Assembly: GCA_000091205.1 (NCBI GenBank)
Contig: AP006496.2
Strand: one strand, 5' to 3'
DNA from: Cyanidioschyzon merolae
Taxonomy: Eukaryota
DNA: 64,000 bases
Part shown: piece after piece, positions 1-11,012 of the stretch
Numbering within the stretch: position 1 is the first letter of the stretch
Layout: the number at the start of each line of letters is the position of its first letter
Made by a program: the position numbers and the translations under genes
Notes under the pieces: model-generated
The model's database searches: none
What the model was told of the DNA's origin: nothing
The model's input: the letters and a program-made list of their open reading frames with translations, nothing else

Positions 1-216
1 GTCTTGAAACGCGATGCGAAAGCTTGCGAAGAGCGTTAGACCTCAAAGCTCCACAGCCGCGAGCGGGTGCCGTTCAGTTCGTGCCGCGGCAAACCCCGAA
101 GCCCGAGCCTCTTCTCTAGGTACACGTCTATCGTGCTCAGCTAAGAGCCGAAACAACCGCAAGGTGTTATCGGCGTATACGCGCTTCGAGTTCCGTCTGT
201 ACCACTAGAGTCTGAC

Positions 217-780
217 AAGAAGATTCAACCACCGAAAATGTTTCGCGATCATGTGGAAAATTATTGCCCACCAGCAGGGGCGCCACAGTCTTTTTCGACC
301 GGCCTACTGCTATCGGCTTGAGCTTCTCCTGCCACACCACGGGCATTAGAGGGTGTCCCACAAAGCTGGATCGCGTCAGCTCCTCGGTTCTTCTTCAGCA
401 TCGCACATCGTCTGATATTGGTGGCGACGCGAAAGTCTCGGTTCACGATTTTCTCGCGTGCATGAACGCCGGTTGAGCTCATCAATGGAAGGATTCTTCG
501 AACTCGTGCCCTCTGTGACACTCCAGTCTCGTCATCGACCGTCGGGGAAACAAATTTACTCGCCTATCATTAATCCTCTTCTTTTTCTTCGTCGTGTGCT
601 CTTCTTCGCTCGATGGTTGGCGAGAAGAGGATTCTTTGATTCTTTCCCGGACACGTCGAAGAGGGTCCTCCAGGATCCCAAAATCCCATGTCCGTGCCTT
701 GCTCTTCGATTTTTATCTTTGAAAATCGACGCATTTCGAACGCATCTGCTATGAATAGCGTAAAAGCATTTGATTCCGCT
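217..780 (+). repeat. Left long TIR of element 1 (family copy A). Homologous to copies at 26063-26660 (+), 40286-40899 (-), and more weakly to 17200-17480 and 23990-24410.
   Basis: Direct sequence alignment to the other copies. Shared blocks include gtctttttcgaccggcc, aagtctcggttcacga and agaggattctttt. Confidence 0.6.
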
Positions 781-959
781 CCGATGCAGTGCGGAGCAGG
801 CGATCGACATCACGATGCCATGTACCGTGTAGATCGTAGACGAGTTGAATGCAGGGTATGTGTTTGGTACGGAGCAGAGCAAGGAGGAGTGCATTCGTCT
901 TTCAGGTCAGTCATTTCACAGGATTCAGATGGTTGCGGAGCACTGAAAGATAGAGGTCC

Positions 960-1664
960 ATGCGCTCTGTGCCTAAAATCGATATCCCCAATGCGCGTCT
1001 ACTGCCAATGGTAGAAAGCGACCCAATGATCACCTCACGGGAAGCAAAAGCGACGATGGTAGACGCCACGGGCGTCTCTGGTTCTCAACAGGATGCGCAT
1101 GCGGTCCTGGAAACGCTGGGATACACCCGCAAGAAACGAGTCCAGGTTCACGCACCGCTGTTTTCCACCGATATTGCCCCAAGAGCGTTCCTGGCACGTC
1201 GCGATCGGTATGAAGCACCGGGATGTCGGTTTGTTTTTCCAGTCGGTGAGACTTGCTTCGGACGAAACGATCCGAACATAAAAGCGTCTTCGCGGAGCGG
1301 CGCGCCCGTTATATGTATGATCGAACTCGAAGAGAACGACGACGTCATCGTCTTGTCTAGATGCAGTGGACTCGCGTTTGGCGGCCTCAGATTCGCAAGC
1401 AGAGAAGGCTCATACAAGAGTATGAACCACTTTGTCGAATCATTGAAGACTTTTCTTCTGACGCCTGGCGACGTCGTTCTATTCGACAACGTGTTCGTTT
1501 ACCGTTCCCGTTGTGATCGAGCATTTGCCGATTCTATCGGGGTAGCTCTGCTCTTCATTCCTCCGTACGCTGCGTCGTTCAGCCTCATCGATGCAGTGTC
1601 TTGTATCGTGAAACGTAATCATCGCTTCGCTGAGCGAATCGCTGACGCGTCTAGAACATGTTGA
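960..1664 (+). CDS. Tc1/IS630-family transposase catalytic (DDE_3-like) domain, 234 aa, probably inactive.
   Basis: Motifs FVFPVGETCF (first acidic residue is G), VVLFDNVFVYRS (D present) and FIPPYAASFSLID (third acidic residue is D, mariner-like). The N-terminal HTH-like ORF 688-1014 is out of frame. A near-identical copy lies at 12928-13632 (-). Confidence 0.55.
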   Translation: MRSVPKIDIPNARLLPMVESDPMITSREAKATMVDATGVSGSQQDAHAVLETLGYTRKKRVQVHAPLFSTDIAPRAFLARRDRYEAPGCRFVFPVGETCFGRNDPNIKASSRSGAPVICMIELEENDDVIVLSRCSGLAFGGLRFASREGSYKSMNHFVESLKTFLLTPGDVVLFDNVFVYRSRCDRAFADSIGVALLFIPPYAASFSLIDAVSCIVKRNHRFAERIADASRTC

Positions 1665-2169
1665 CATCCGAGCGCATGTCGTGTTTCTCGTGCGAGTCGC
1701 TCCTGCTCTGGGGAGTTCCTTACCTAGGGGCATACAGAAATGTGTTCATTCCAAAAAATCTACGGGATGAGCTTGGGTGCACACTTGACAAGGTCGAAAT
1801 GGAGACAGGCCAGCGGAGCGCTTTGGCGATAGAGACGAATAGAGAGAGGAGAGAGCGCCAAATAGTGCAGAGAGCGCGAGTTCGAGGACTCCTTGCATTG
1901 ACGAGTTCAACCAGAGGCAATAAATGCATCGAGTTCGTGAACCGAGACTTGAACGCCGCCATCCATACCAGAAGATGTGCAGCGTTGAAGAAGGGACCTA
2001 GGCACGTGACGCGAGCCAGTTTCACGTGGCAGCATCTCAGGGTCGAAATGCACCACGAGGAGTTGAATGCGGGAGCAGGGAACCAGCTGAAAAAAAAACA
2101 CTGGAAGATGTCTGCGGGTGGGTACGTATATTTACCCTCCATCGTTGTAAAACGTTTTTTGTTTCATTG
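1640..2169 (-). repeat. Right long TIR of element 1 (family copy B1), inverted relative to 217-780.
   Basis: Its reverse complement aligns to 217-780, for example atggcggcgttcaagtctcggttcacgaactcgatgc against ggtggcgacgcgaaagtctcggttcacgattttctcgcg. Confidence 0.55.
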
Positions 2170-2647
2170 AACACTCCATAGCGACGCGCAGCTTCACATG
2201 CTATGCACGTGTTCATGCTTCGAGTAAACTGGGACACCTTGCATGCGTCCTAGCGCCCTGACGCGGATTACCCTGTTTCACTCATTGCTCTCGGATTCAA
2301 GAGATGCATGGCAAAGGTGGATCAAGCAATTTGTCCTCAAGCGACCATTGAAAACGTGTCCGCGAACAGCGTTCCAGCCGCCAGAGGTCGGTGAACTTTC
2401 ACAAAAACCGCGTGAGCACCGAATCTTCTCGGTAAAGACTGTGAAGCTGGTGCTCGCACAGGATAACGGTTCCAGAGCCATGCCGCTCGCGAGCGCAGCA
2501 CCTCGCTGAACGAAACTACATGCCTCCTGAGCTCTGGTTCCAGAGACTGGTGTGTTGACCCGCTTCCTCCAAAGGCTCAGAGAAACTGATCAAACATCCA
2601 CACACACACACACACCGGACCAGAGAGCCGCGGTCAAGTTGCGTTAC

Positions 2648-2956
2648 CTACGGTAGCTCACGCGACACGTCCGCCGCTCCTCGTTCGCGTACGGCCCTTG
2701 TCGTGGCCTCCACAACGTACGGAGGCGGCGGGTAGAGCTTGCTGATCGTGGTCTGTCTTCGCACCATTTCTAGGTCTTTTTGGGCCTTCTCGAGAAGCTG
2801 ATCGATTCGTTGGGGGTCCTGCAGGTTGCGGTTCTCTCGAAAGCCGGCTTGAACGCGGCGCTTGGCGTACGCACGAACGTTGGTGTCTGCGAAACCTTCA
2901 CACGCACGTAGAAGCGCTCGGTAGAGCTGCAAAACTTGGAAGCGTGTCTCCGGCAT
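2648..2956 (-). CDS. LYR-motif protein, LYRM4/ISD11-like (Fe-S cluster assembly accessory).
   Basis: VLQLYRALLRACEGFADTNVRAYAKRRVQAGFRENRNL...LEMVRRQ matches the ISD11 pattern VLDLYRAMLRESKHFPSKNRQYLLDKIRAEFRKNK...LEVIKRQ. Confidence 0.6.
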   Translation of the reverse strand: MPETRFQVLQLYRALLRACEGFADTNVRAYAKRRVQAGFRENRNLQDPQRIDQLLEKAQKDLEMVRRQTTISKLYPPPPYVVEATTRAVRERGAADVSRELP

Positions 2957-3207
2957 AGTAACGCAGTTGCAGAAATTGAGAAACCCCTTTCCAAACGACG
3001 GAACACGCGCCTGATAAGAAACGTCGTCGTTTCGCCTGGTGCAAGCGCAGAACCCTCAAACGCTGAACGCGCTCCCACGCGACCAGCTCCGCAAGAGTAG
3101 TGGACGCTGGCCGCAGCTGGATCACTCCTCGACGTAACGAAACAAGTAGGCAACTCGAACGGCTCACTCACAAGGAGGTACCTCCCTGAGGAACTTGTGC
3201 GGGCATC

Positions 3208-3350
3208 TTGAAAGTACCAATGAAGGGAAAAGTAGCCTTGGCTATATCGCTCGGGTTTGCCGCCGGCATCATCCTTTTCGTGCACGAGCGCCAACGCAGT
3301 CAGACAGCGCGGATGCGTGCGGGCATTATCCGTGAACTTCGTCTGGAGGC

Positions 3351-3393
<43 letters not shown>

Positions 3394-3426
3394 CACTCTG
3401 CCGTTGACTCAAATCCGAAGCACTAG
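3208..3426 (+). CDS. Possible small single-pass membrane protein ending in a polyQ tail (72 aa). Hypothetical.
   Basis: One predicted TM segment (VALAISLGFAAGIILFV). It is transcribed divergently from the LYRM4-like gene. It contains a (CAG)13 run. No confident homology. Confidence 0.25.
3352..3392 (+). repeat. (CAG)n microsatellite, ~13 units.
   Basis: Direct read: cagcagcag... Similar CAG/GCA/CTG runs occur at 18701-18732, 19951-19973, 21197-21256, 29888-29930, 46132-46166, 47863-47888 and 56436-56463 (CAC)n. Confidence 0.9.
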
Positions 3427-4165
3427 TCGAAACCCTGACGATAGCGGACTTGCATGCTCTGTTCTGAGGTATTCGTGATGGAATCGATGAGGAACCGTCA
3501 TGCATACCTGCTTCATGAGGTTTCCACGCCCTCAGAGCATGGTGATGATGACGACACCTAGACCGTGTCCGGCTATTCAGTGGCGCTGGTAGCGTCCAGA
3601 CTGAACTAAATAAATACGTCCAAAGTTGACAAGATCAATGCATTTATTTGCATCGGATGCAATCGTTGCGAACAAACCACCGATGGTGGGCATTCCATGA
3701 CGCTGTCGTACGCGCTGTGCACACGCACAGCAGCAGGTTATTCGCGCGGAGGTCCTTAACCTCGCCTAGAATCCGTGGTGCTTCCGCTGAGCCCTCGTGG
3801 ACGAAGAACGCGCCGATGCAGGTTCCGGATTCTAGTAGAAGAATCCCTCCCGTCAGAGCGCTCTTCGCACAGGCGCGTGTAGTCATCGCCGACCGCTCGC
3901 TACTGCGCGATGTCTCTCCATGGGTAGCACCCTTGCCCACGATACCGACACGCGCCCAACTCGAGGTTCGCGCACCAGGCCGCGATCATTGCGCTAGGCC
4001 GGGGCACACATCGCGCGCAAGCGCGATGCTATCTGGGATCATTTCGCACCGGAGGCCCGGACACGGCACGCATCGATACAGAGGACACGAATCTGTCACG
4101 GACGCGTTGCACTGCAAGGACACGTGTCGGACGCAGCGTGCGCCACGTGACAATCGATACACCGA

Positions 4166-5911
4166 GTGGCCGCAACGCGCGCGCCGCACGTTTGGGGACG
4201 CAAGTTCCGCAGTTCCGCCGCGCTGTCCGCCAAAGCTTGGCCGCCATCGATCGCGCTCCAGTACGCAGCGGCGTGCGTTTCGAGTCTCTGCCGTTGTGCA
4301 CGGCGCGTAAGAGCGTTTGGTGCTTCGGGCTGCGTACGAACGGTGTATGACTCAAGTTTGAGGCCAATGTTCAGCGTTCTCTCCAGGAACACGATGCACC
4401 TACCTGTTTTTGAAAATGCCCCAGGTGCTGGCCGGGCTCGTTTTCTGCGCAAGCGCCTGTACAAAGTGCGAAACGTTATTTGCACCCGTCGGTGGCCGCT
4501 ATGGCTTTGCTCGTTCCTGCTGATAGGTTTGGTATTTGTGCTGGCTCCTCGTGTCATTCGCTCGGGAGCGAGCCTATGGGAAGCCCCAAACCTGCTGCAC
4601 ACGACTGTTGGTTGCCCGTTTATGTTTCTCGAATCGAACTTGACGCTGACGCTGAATCAGAGTCTAAAGGCGCCAAACGTTTCCAAGACCATGTTCCTGG
4701 CCGCGATCGAGGTGCGTGAGCAGGATCAAGGATATATTGCCGGTATTTTTCGTGTTCGCCATCCGTTTGCGCCGCACCGTACTTACAATCCGAGCAAGGA
4801 CGATTGGGACATATCCATGGTGGCCAACTCGACGCTTGCAGCTGTGAATTTTACTGCTAATCGCCTGGACCAGATCCAGGGCGGCTCTGCGCGTCAGCTC
4901 AGGCTCGGTTCGGAGCAAATGCATGCTGTTTATTCATACGGGCCAGAGGATCCACGGATTATTCGCTGCGGCATGCGGACCTTGGCGCTTTTCCATCAGC
5001 CGGACATAAGGATGTTCGCACCAATGCACCAACGCTTCCAGTATATCTTGGATATTGAGCGCAATGAACTCTACTGGATCGATGAGCCGCGAGCGCTCAC
5101 GCATGCTGGGCGGGACTCACCTCTGGTTGACAAGAATTACGTTCCACTCTGCGTGAATGGGGACGATTTGTACATCGTCACGAGCTTTGAACCGCTGCGT
5201 GTGCTCGGGCCTTGCACATTGAGGAAAGATCAGGTCTTTGCGCAAGGAGTACACGCTATTGCACACAGGGCACACTGTCCCGAGGCATTCAACGCTTTCA
5301 ATTCGAGCAACACCTTCTTCAGAGATTCTCAAATATTTCGCGGCTCGACGCAGTTCGAAGAGATCATCCCGGGTCGTGCGTACGTGTCACTCGTCCACGC
5401 GCGTCGCTGTGGTATCTACGATCGATGCAGCTACCAGGCTGCAATTGCCGTGCTCGTTCATCTGAGCTCCAGAGAATGGAAAGCAGTTTATTATCCGTCG
5501 CTGCTGAAGCTCTATGTTCCAGGCGGGCGTGAGAAAGAGCGACCTCGCTCGGGACGCCGACGCGAACATCGCTGCTTATTAGAACAGAGTCGACATGCAC
5601 ATCAACCTTATCGGCTCCATGTGAACCTAGTAGAGAATCCCGTGTCCATTATTCGATTTGAGAAAGATGAAAGCGCGCTTGTCAGCCTGAATGTGAATGA
5701 TGAGGAAACGCTAATCGTGAGGGTACCCGAGCTGTATCGATACGCAAGCTCGCTCGCCAGATGCATCCTAGAGGAACGCGCCGAACCACTGCTTCCACGC
5801 ATCAGCACGCTGTGGAAATGCAGCAATGGCGCCGTCTATGCCACCCAGGAAAACGCTGTGAATTCTTGGCACAAAATAGATCCGAGCACGGTCGCTCGAT
5901 TTCAAGGCTAG
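4166..5911 (+). CDS. Hypothetical type-II membrane protein with a lumenal domain carrying several N-glycosylation sequons. The start may be the internal Met at 4367 or 4394.
   Basis: 581-aa uninterrupted ORF. N-proximal TM anchor WPLWLCSFLLIGLVFVLAPRVI. Sequons NLT, NQS, NVS, NST, NFT. No recognisable catalytic motif. Confidence 0.45.
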   Translation: MAATRAPHVWGRKFRSSAALSAKAWPPSIALQYAAACVSSLCRCARRVRAFGASGCVRTVYDSSLRPMFSVLSRNTMHLPVFENAPGAGRARFLRKRLYKVRNVICTRRWPLWLCSFLLIGLVFVLAPRVIRSGASLWEAPNLLHTTVGCPFMFLESNLTLTLNQSLKAPNVSKTMFLAAIEVREQDQGYIAGIFRVRHPFAPHRTYNPSKDDWDISMVANSTLAAVNFTANRLDQIQGGSARQLRLGSEQMHAVYSYGPEDPRIIRCGMRTLALFHQPDIRMFAPMHQRFQYILDIERNELYWIDEPRALTHAGRDSPLVDKNYVPLCVNGDDLYIVTSFEPLRVLGPCTLRKDQVFAQGVHAIAHRAHCPEAFNAFNSSNTFFRDSQIFRGSTQFEEIIPGRAYVSLVHARRCGIYDRCSYQAAIAVLVHLSSREWKAVYYPSLLKLYVPGGREKERPRSGRRREHRCLLEQSRHAHQPYRLHVNLVENPVSIIRFEKDESALVSLNVNDEETLIVRVPELYRYASSLARCILEERAEPLLPRISTLWKCSNGAVYATQENAVNSWHKIDPSTVARFQG

Positions 5912-6864
5912 ACCTGGCATCGACCGTAGTGATGTACACGCATCGAAAATCATCTTTGAGATGCTTCTGGAAGCTTTCACGCTTCCAGGGCGAAAGATTC
6001 CAGTCTGAGCACGTAGCGGTCACTCGGGAATTTCCCCGCACGCATCATGCATGCGATATGTTGCACGCATGCAGCCGAATCGGTGACGTGTCCTGGCGGA
6101 CTGGTAATGATAACGTGCGCGCTTCTGAGGCGAGTTTCGTAGAACACAAGCTTGGCGATTCTTCGACGAACATTTCCAACATGTACGGATTCGCTGACAC
6201 TGGCTGCTTGGCGAGCTGCAGCATAGCGTTCTGCACGCTTTCTCGTGTCCTGCCAGTGCATCGGTGGACGGCGGAACCGCACTGCAGCGCTCCCAGAGTG
6301 AGATACGCACTTGCCCCAGCTTCGATACCCTGATTGGGTGTATCGCTTGTTTGAGCGTGACAATGCTCGCGATTGAGCCTGATACGGCGGTTCTCCTTCT
6401 AGTCGCACACTTCAGGCTTTCGATCTGCACGCATGATCGGTAGAGCGGTGAAATGCTCCGGATATAAGTACCACGAACAGCAGTGCCATTAGCGCCCCAG
6501 CATTGTCTCTTACCGCATCAGAGCAGTGCTCCGGTGCCTGCAACCATTCGCTTTACATCACGAATAGAGGGATACGCGGACATCCATGCATCTCGTTTCG
6601 ACGAGCGCTTTCCTCCGAGGCACGCTTCAGAGTAATCCAAACGTCGTCGATTCGTTCGCTGGTCGAATATGGCTTGGTTGACGCGCACCCGCCCCGAGCT
6701 GACACGAACGACTTTTGACCCCGTCCCAGCGAGCGCATTGCCGTTTAGAGACTGTCGCAAGTTGACTAGGGCGAAGCGGTGTATCGGCCGCGTCACCGGC
6801 CACCACGGCAACGGCTGGCCTGGCGATAGCCGCTCGGCACCTGCTCCCGAGACTTCACTGGAGA

Positions 6865-8538
6865 TCAACTCGCAGCGGGAGCTGGATCATATGGAAACGA
6901 TCCGTACTCTGCATTCCAGCGCTCATAGGCACGAACTTCATCATCGCTGACGCTCCGCCGAACAACCGCTGCAGCCCGTTTAAAGTCGTCTTCGTGGATG
7001 GCTCGAACCTGCTCGACTGAGACGTTGGCGATATCAGCGCCGAGATCACGGACAGGACCAAGGGCTGCTTCTGCGCAGGCTGCATACACATCGCTTCCAG
7101 AGTAACCGTCCAGAAGGTCCACAATGCGCTCGAGTTCGGCTTCACCGAGCGCATGTTTCTGGTCGCGGAGTAGGCTCTGCAGCATGCCGCGTCGCGCTTG
7201 GCGATCCGGCAGCGGTATATAGAGTCGACGAGCCATGCGCCGACGCCATGCCTGGTCCAGCTCCTGAGGCCGATTGCTCGCTCCGATAACCAGGACTCGA
7301 TCATCGCGGTTGGTCGCTGCCCCGTCCATTTGCACCAGAAACTCCGTCTTGATACGACGTGAACTTTCCGCATCATTCTCGGAACGAGCGCTCAACATAG
7401 AATCCATCTCATCGATAAAAATGACGGAGGGTTGTAGAGCTCGCGCGACACCGAACAGCGCTCGCACCAGTTTTTCGCTTTCGCCTACCCATTTCGACAT
7501 GAGCGATGAGGCTGAAATGTTGAAGAAGCGAGCCCCAGAGAGCGAAGCAATCGCTCGACCGATCATCGTCTTGCCGGTGCCAGGTGGCCCGAAGAGCAAG
7601 ACGCCCCGTGGCGGACCCCGTATTCCTCGAAACAAGTCAGGGCGAACCATCGGCCAAACGACTGCTTCCATAACACAGCGTTTGGCATACTCTAGTCCAG
7701 CGATATCGTCCCAGTTGACGCCAGGCGACTGGTCGAGGATCTCTTGCATCACCGTCTCGACGAGGGCAGGCTCGACGTTCGGTACACTGGGCAGATTGGG
7801 GTCAGGTCGCTGGCCATCGGCAGCCGGTCCTTGTGATGACGGCTCTCGCGAACGCTTCGCACTCGGCGTCGGCTGGGCTGACTCCCCCAGCCTTCGCGGT
7901 ACGCTAAACCGACTGGGCGCCTTTTGGGCTGGCTGCTGCTCATCGAGCGCATTCCCGCTCGCGCTGCGGAACGCTGTTTTCTCGCTCGAGACTCGCTCAG
8001 GCGCAGTGCCCTTGGAGGCGACAGGTGCGTCTGTCGGGGTGCCAGCGTTGTCGCGGTGCCAGGTTCGCGCTCGCGTTTGGAGCGCTGCTGCAAACCCGTG
8101 TCGCAGTCTGGCGCTGGTGATCACCCCAGACTCTCCAGCACATCCATCGGTCCGGTCTTGCGTTGCCTCAACCGCGTTTGAAGGCAGCGAGAGCGCTTGC
8201 CATACACTGGCGTCGGACAGGAAAGCAACCAGCTCCGAGGTCGTCAGCACCTCAAGCCTCGTGCTCGATTCAGCGTCCGGCAATAGCGACCCGAGCAACG
8301 CCTCTACAAGACCAGTTGCGTGCCGAAGGACCGCTTGGCGACGTGCTCGTTCGCGTCTCGCAACTGCCCAGCAGGCGGCATCAGCGGGGAGGCGCTGAAG
8401 CGCCCAGCGCTCCAACTGCACGTGCTCTCCCTCAAGCTCCAGAAGCGCGCACTCCCAGACCTGTGGTTCGGTCACGGAGTCGGGTACGCTCTGCGGTTGC
8501 GATCGAGGCCAGGTTTCGCGCATGCGTCCTTGGTACAC
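6865..8538 (-). CDS. AAA ATPase of the meiotic clade (katanin p60 / fidgetin-like / spastin family).
   Basis: Walker A GPPGTGKT and Walker B IFIDEMD. The C-terminus YERWNAEYGSF matches katanin YEKWMVEFGSA. The long block VNWDDIAGLEYAKRCVMEAVVWPMVRPDLFRGIRGPPRGVLLFGPPGTGKTM is collinear with katanin p60. Confidence 0.85.
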   Translation of the reverse strand: MYQGRMRETWPRSQPQSVPDSVTEPQVWECALLELEGEHVQLERWALQRLPADAACWAVARRERARRQAVLRHATGLVEALLGSLLPDAESSTRLEVLTTSELVAFLSDASVWQALSLPSNAVEATQDRTDGCAGESGVITSARLRHGFAAALQTRARTWHRDNAGTPTDAPVASKGTAPERVSSEKTAFRSASGNALDEQQPAQKAPSRFSVPRRLGESAQPTPSAKRSREPSSQGPAADGQRPDPNLPSVPNVEPALVETVMQEILDQSPGVNWDDIAGLEYAKRCVMEAVVWPMVRPDLFRGIRGPPRGVLLFGPPGTGKTMIGRAIASLSGARFFNISASSLMSKWVGESEKLVRALFGVARALQPSVIFIDEMDSMLSARSENDAESSRRIKTEFLVQMDGAATNRDDRVLVIGASNRPQELDQAWRRRMARRLYIPLPDRQARRGMLQSLLRDQKHALGEAELERIVDLLDGYSGSDVYAACAEAALGPVRDLGADIANVSVEQVRAIHEDDFKRAAAVVRRSVSDDEVRAYERWNAEYGSFPYDPAPAAS

Positions 8539-11012
8539 GCCTCACCGGGGTGCTGCACCTGTCGCCCGCCAGGCCGCCCGGTGTCGAGCGCGACCGGGTT
8601 CGACGGTGTTTTCCGCGATCCAGTGTCTCGCAGTAGACAGTTCGAGAGAGACCAGTTCCGCACTCGGGTTTCAGGAGTGCAAGACCGCGGCACCAGCTGA
8701 CGGATCAGCCAGAAACCCGCCCAGCTATGGAGCGCGTCAAGCGTTCAGCGTTGCCTGCGGGCAGCTCCGAAGCGCGCGCTTCTTTGCGCGCGTACCGGGC
8801 GCGTTTCCCTTTCGGGCCGGGGCGGCGAACGTGCAAGGAATGTTTCGTAGACGAAGCTTGTTTTTTTCTTCTGAATGACAAGATACAGGTCATGAGAGAT
8901 CAACATAGACTATTGATTGCCTGCTTATGTTTCTGTATTTAGAATTTTTCCAGAGTTTTATGTAGATGTGCAGCCTCCAGGTTCAATGTGCAGCGATGAG
9001 GGCTCACGAGTCACGCATCGTTTCGGGAGACTTGGTCAGTGTTTCGGGGCTGGGCGGCGTCGCTCGACGCTTTTCCACTGGAATCCGTTCCGTCATTGTC
9101 ATCAAGATCATTCGCACCGCCCTTGAATAAGGCTTTTTGGAAGAACAGATACCACGATCTACTTCATTCGTACAAGCTGTCACGTATCGCAATCCCGTGC
9201 ATGGAGCACGCCCGAAGCACGCGTGCTTCACGTCCTTCATCTGTGTGCTCCAGGGAAACTCGTGGGTACAGCAGTTCGCGCCACTGGATTGATGAAAACG
9301 AAACCTCGACGTCCGTTCTTGACGACTTCATCTCCGTCGCGAGCGCATACTGAAAGCTCACTGAGCTCGTCACTTCAAAGAATTGGTTCTTGTCGAAAGG
9401 AAAATCCTCCTCTTTCTGTGGCTATCGACGAAATGGAACGTAACAGCAGCATCGTGTCTGTCACGGAATGTATGTCCCCAGAGGCTCTCGTCTCTTCTAG
9501 ATACATCAAAATGCGGCCTCAGCACGCACTTGAGCCATCGCAACGATCGCTTCCAGTAAAGGACAAATCACTGCGTTGAACGCCGGGTTCGCAGACCAGT
9601 AGAGGTGTCTCTAGCTCCTTTCGAGACTAGATTCTCCTTCCGCTACTTGTTTCATCATGAGTTGTATCGCGTTCCCCGTATCCTTCATCGATTAGAGCGG
9701 CACGCGGTGGCAGGTGCACCACACAGCGCGCACTTGTCGATGGGATCGCCCAGAAGACGCCTGTGATCACAGCGTACTGCACGGGCCGCGTAAACAGAGG
9801 AACGCTACGAGGAGCGTCCCCTGTACCCGTCATGAGCATGTAGAGCGTGCTGGAGGAAACATTCGCAGGCATCAAGGCGCGACTCGGATGGGACGCTGTA
9901 ACGTACACACGTGAACACCTGACTGTAGTCGACTGCAACCGCTGCGAAGGGCGCTGCCTGGCTGACTTCACACAAGATGAGCATGAATGGCAATCGAAGT
10001 GTAGATCGCAACTTTTGCAAGCGCATGCCGTGCGTGAACAGTGACTGGATGCGGCGAAATCGAGACTTTACCGCTACCAGCAGTATCCTCCGACTGCTGA
10101 TGTCAGAGCTGTAGGTTCAGAGGGGACCAGCGTATTGAAACCCTGAGATACGAGAAACAAGGGAGGCAATCACAGATACAGCTACCAAACGCTGGCGTCG
10201 GTCGCAGCGGGTAGAAATCAAAACTTTAGCGTGCACACCCGCGTTCGTTGACGCGTACCATTGCCTTCTAGCATGGGTACAGGTCATATGTGCGTCGATA
10301 CATTTCTTTTTCGGTACCAGATCTCGGCATTGAACCGCGTGGTACCGGGATCTGCAGGTGCTACCGGAGCATGAGGAGGAGGAAAATCCAATACACACCT
10401 GGATCGATTCAGATTCGCTTCTTCCTACGATGATGCCCAGCGCCCCATTTCTCGCAGGAACAGAAGCTGAATCTAGAGAACTTTTGAGTAGCAAGTTCCA
10501 CGATGGATTGTTATGTTATAGAATCTGTGAGCATGACCAAGGATTCCCCGCTCTACCATGAATGCTTGCGACGAGGACTCATGCACCACATTCTCGGTTG
10601 CTCTGCACAGAGACAGCACGTGTTGACGATACCTTGGCGAACGTCGGCTCGAAGATAGATTCGTTGCTGTTGGATATGGAGACGGGCACTCGTTCCTCGC
10701 CCGTGTGGAGCGTCTCGGACCGAAACGCACAAGTCGGCACACTGCCCAGCACTAGAGGCACCGCTGCGCCCCGCGAATCGCAGCAGCTGGACAAGTTCCA
10801 GGTAGCAGTCGCCGTGGAATGTTTGACTGGACCCGGTGCCTGCTCTAGTCAGGGCACCGTGAAGCAGCTGGGCCACTGCTGCAGCGAAACTCTGCGCGTC
10901 TTCAGACTGCGTCCGACGCTGGCGAGAACGACGCAGAGACCAGCCAAGACAGCGGTGGACGCGAGAGGGTCCCGTCTCGACGTGGCGCCTTCGGAAAAAG
11001 CAGCCCCTGGAC

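Larger units (their letters stand above)
217..2169 (+). mobile_element. Complete Tc1/IS630-like DNA transposon: long TIRs of ~560 bp (217-780 and ~1640-2169, inverted) flanking a decayed transposase.
   Basis: The left arm (217-780) and the reverse complement of the right arm (1640-2169) align at ~70% identity. Outer termini read caaccacc... (left copy, diverged) and cagtgaaac-like (caatgaaac) on the right; other family copies begin tCAGTGAAAC, the classic Tc1 CAGTG terminus. The internal ORF 960-1664 has DDE_3/IS630 motif order (VVLFDNVFVYRS ~ DNasiH; LLFIPPYAASFSLIDAVS ~ LPPYSPdLNPIE). An HTH-like upstream ORF (688-1014) is in a different frame. Confidence 0.6.

Noticed and set aside
240-780. 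The repeat arm loosely resembles 5.8S/LSU rRNA in places (cgatgctgaagaagaaccg versus 5.8S cgatgaagaacgcagc), suggesting an rDNA fragment.
   Set aside because: Similarity is confined to a short low-identity patch. The same sequence forms inverted arms around a transposase and recurs as a dispersed family. It is a TIR, not rDNA.
7274-8398. Long antisense ORFs opposite bona fide genes (for example 374 aa opposite the AAA ATPase; several opposite RHD3, RNase II and the 42706-44529 gene).
   Set aside because: They are R/A/S/P-rich, low complexity, and expected in 60% GC coding DNA. The sense-strand proteins have clear homology.
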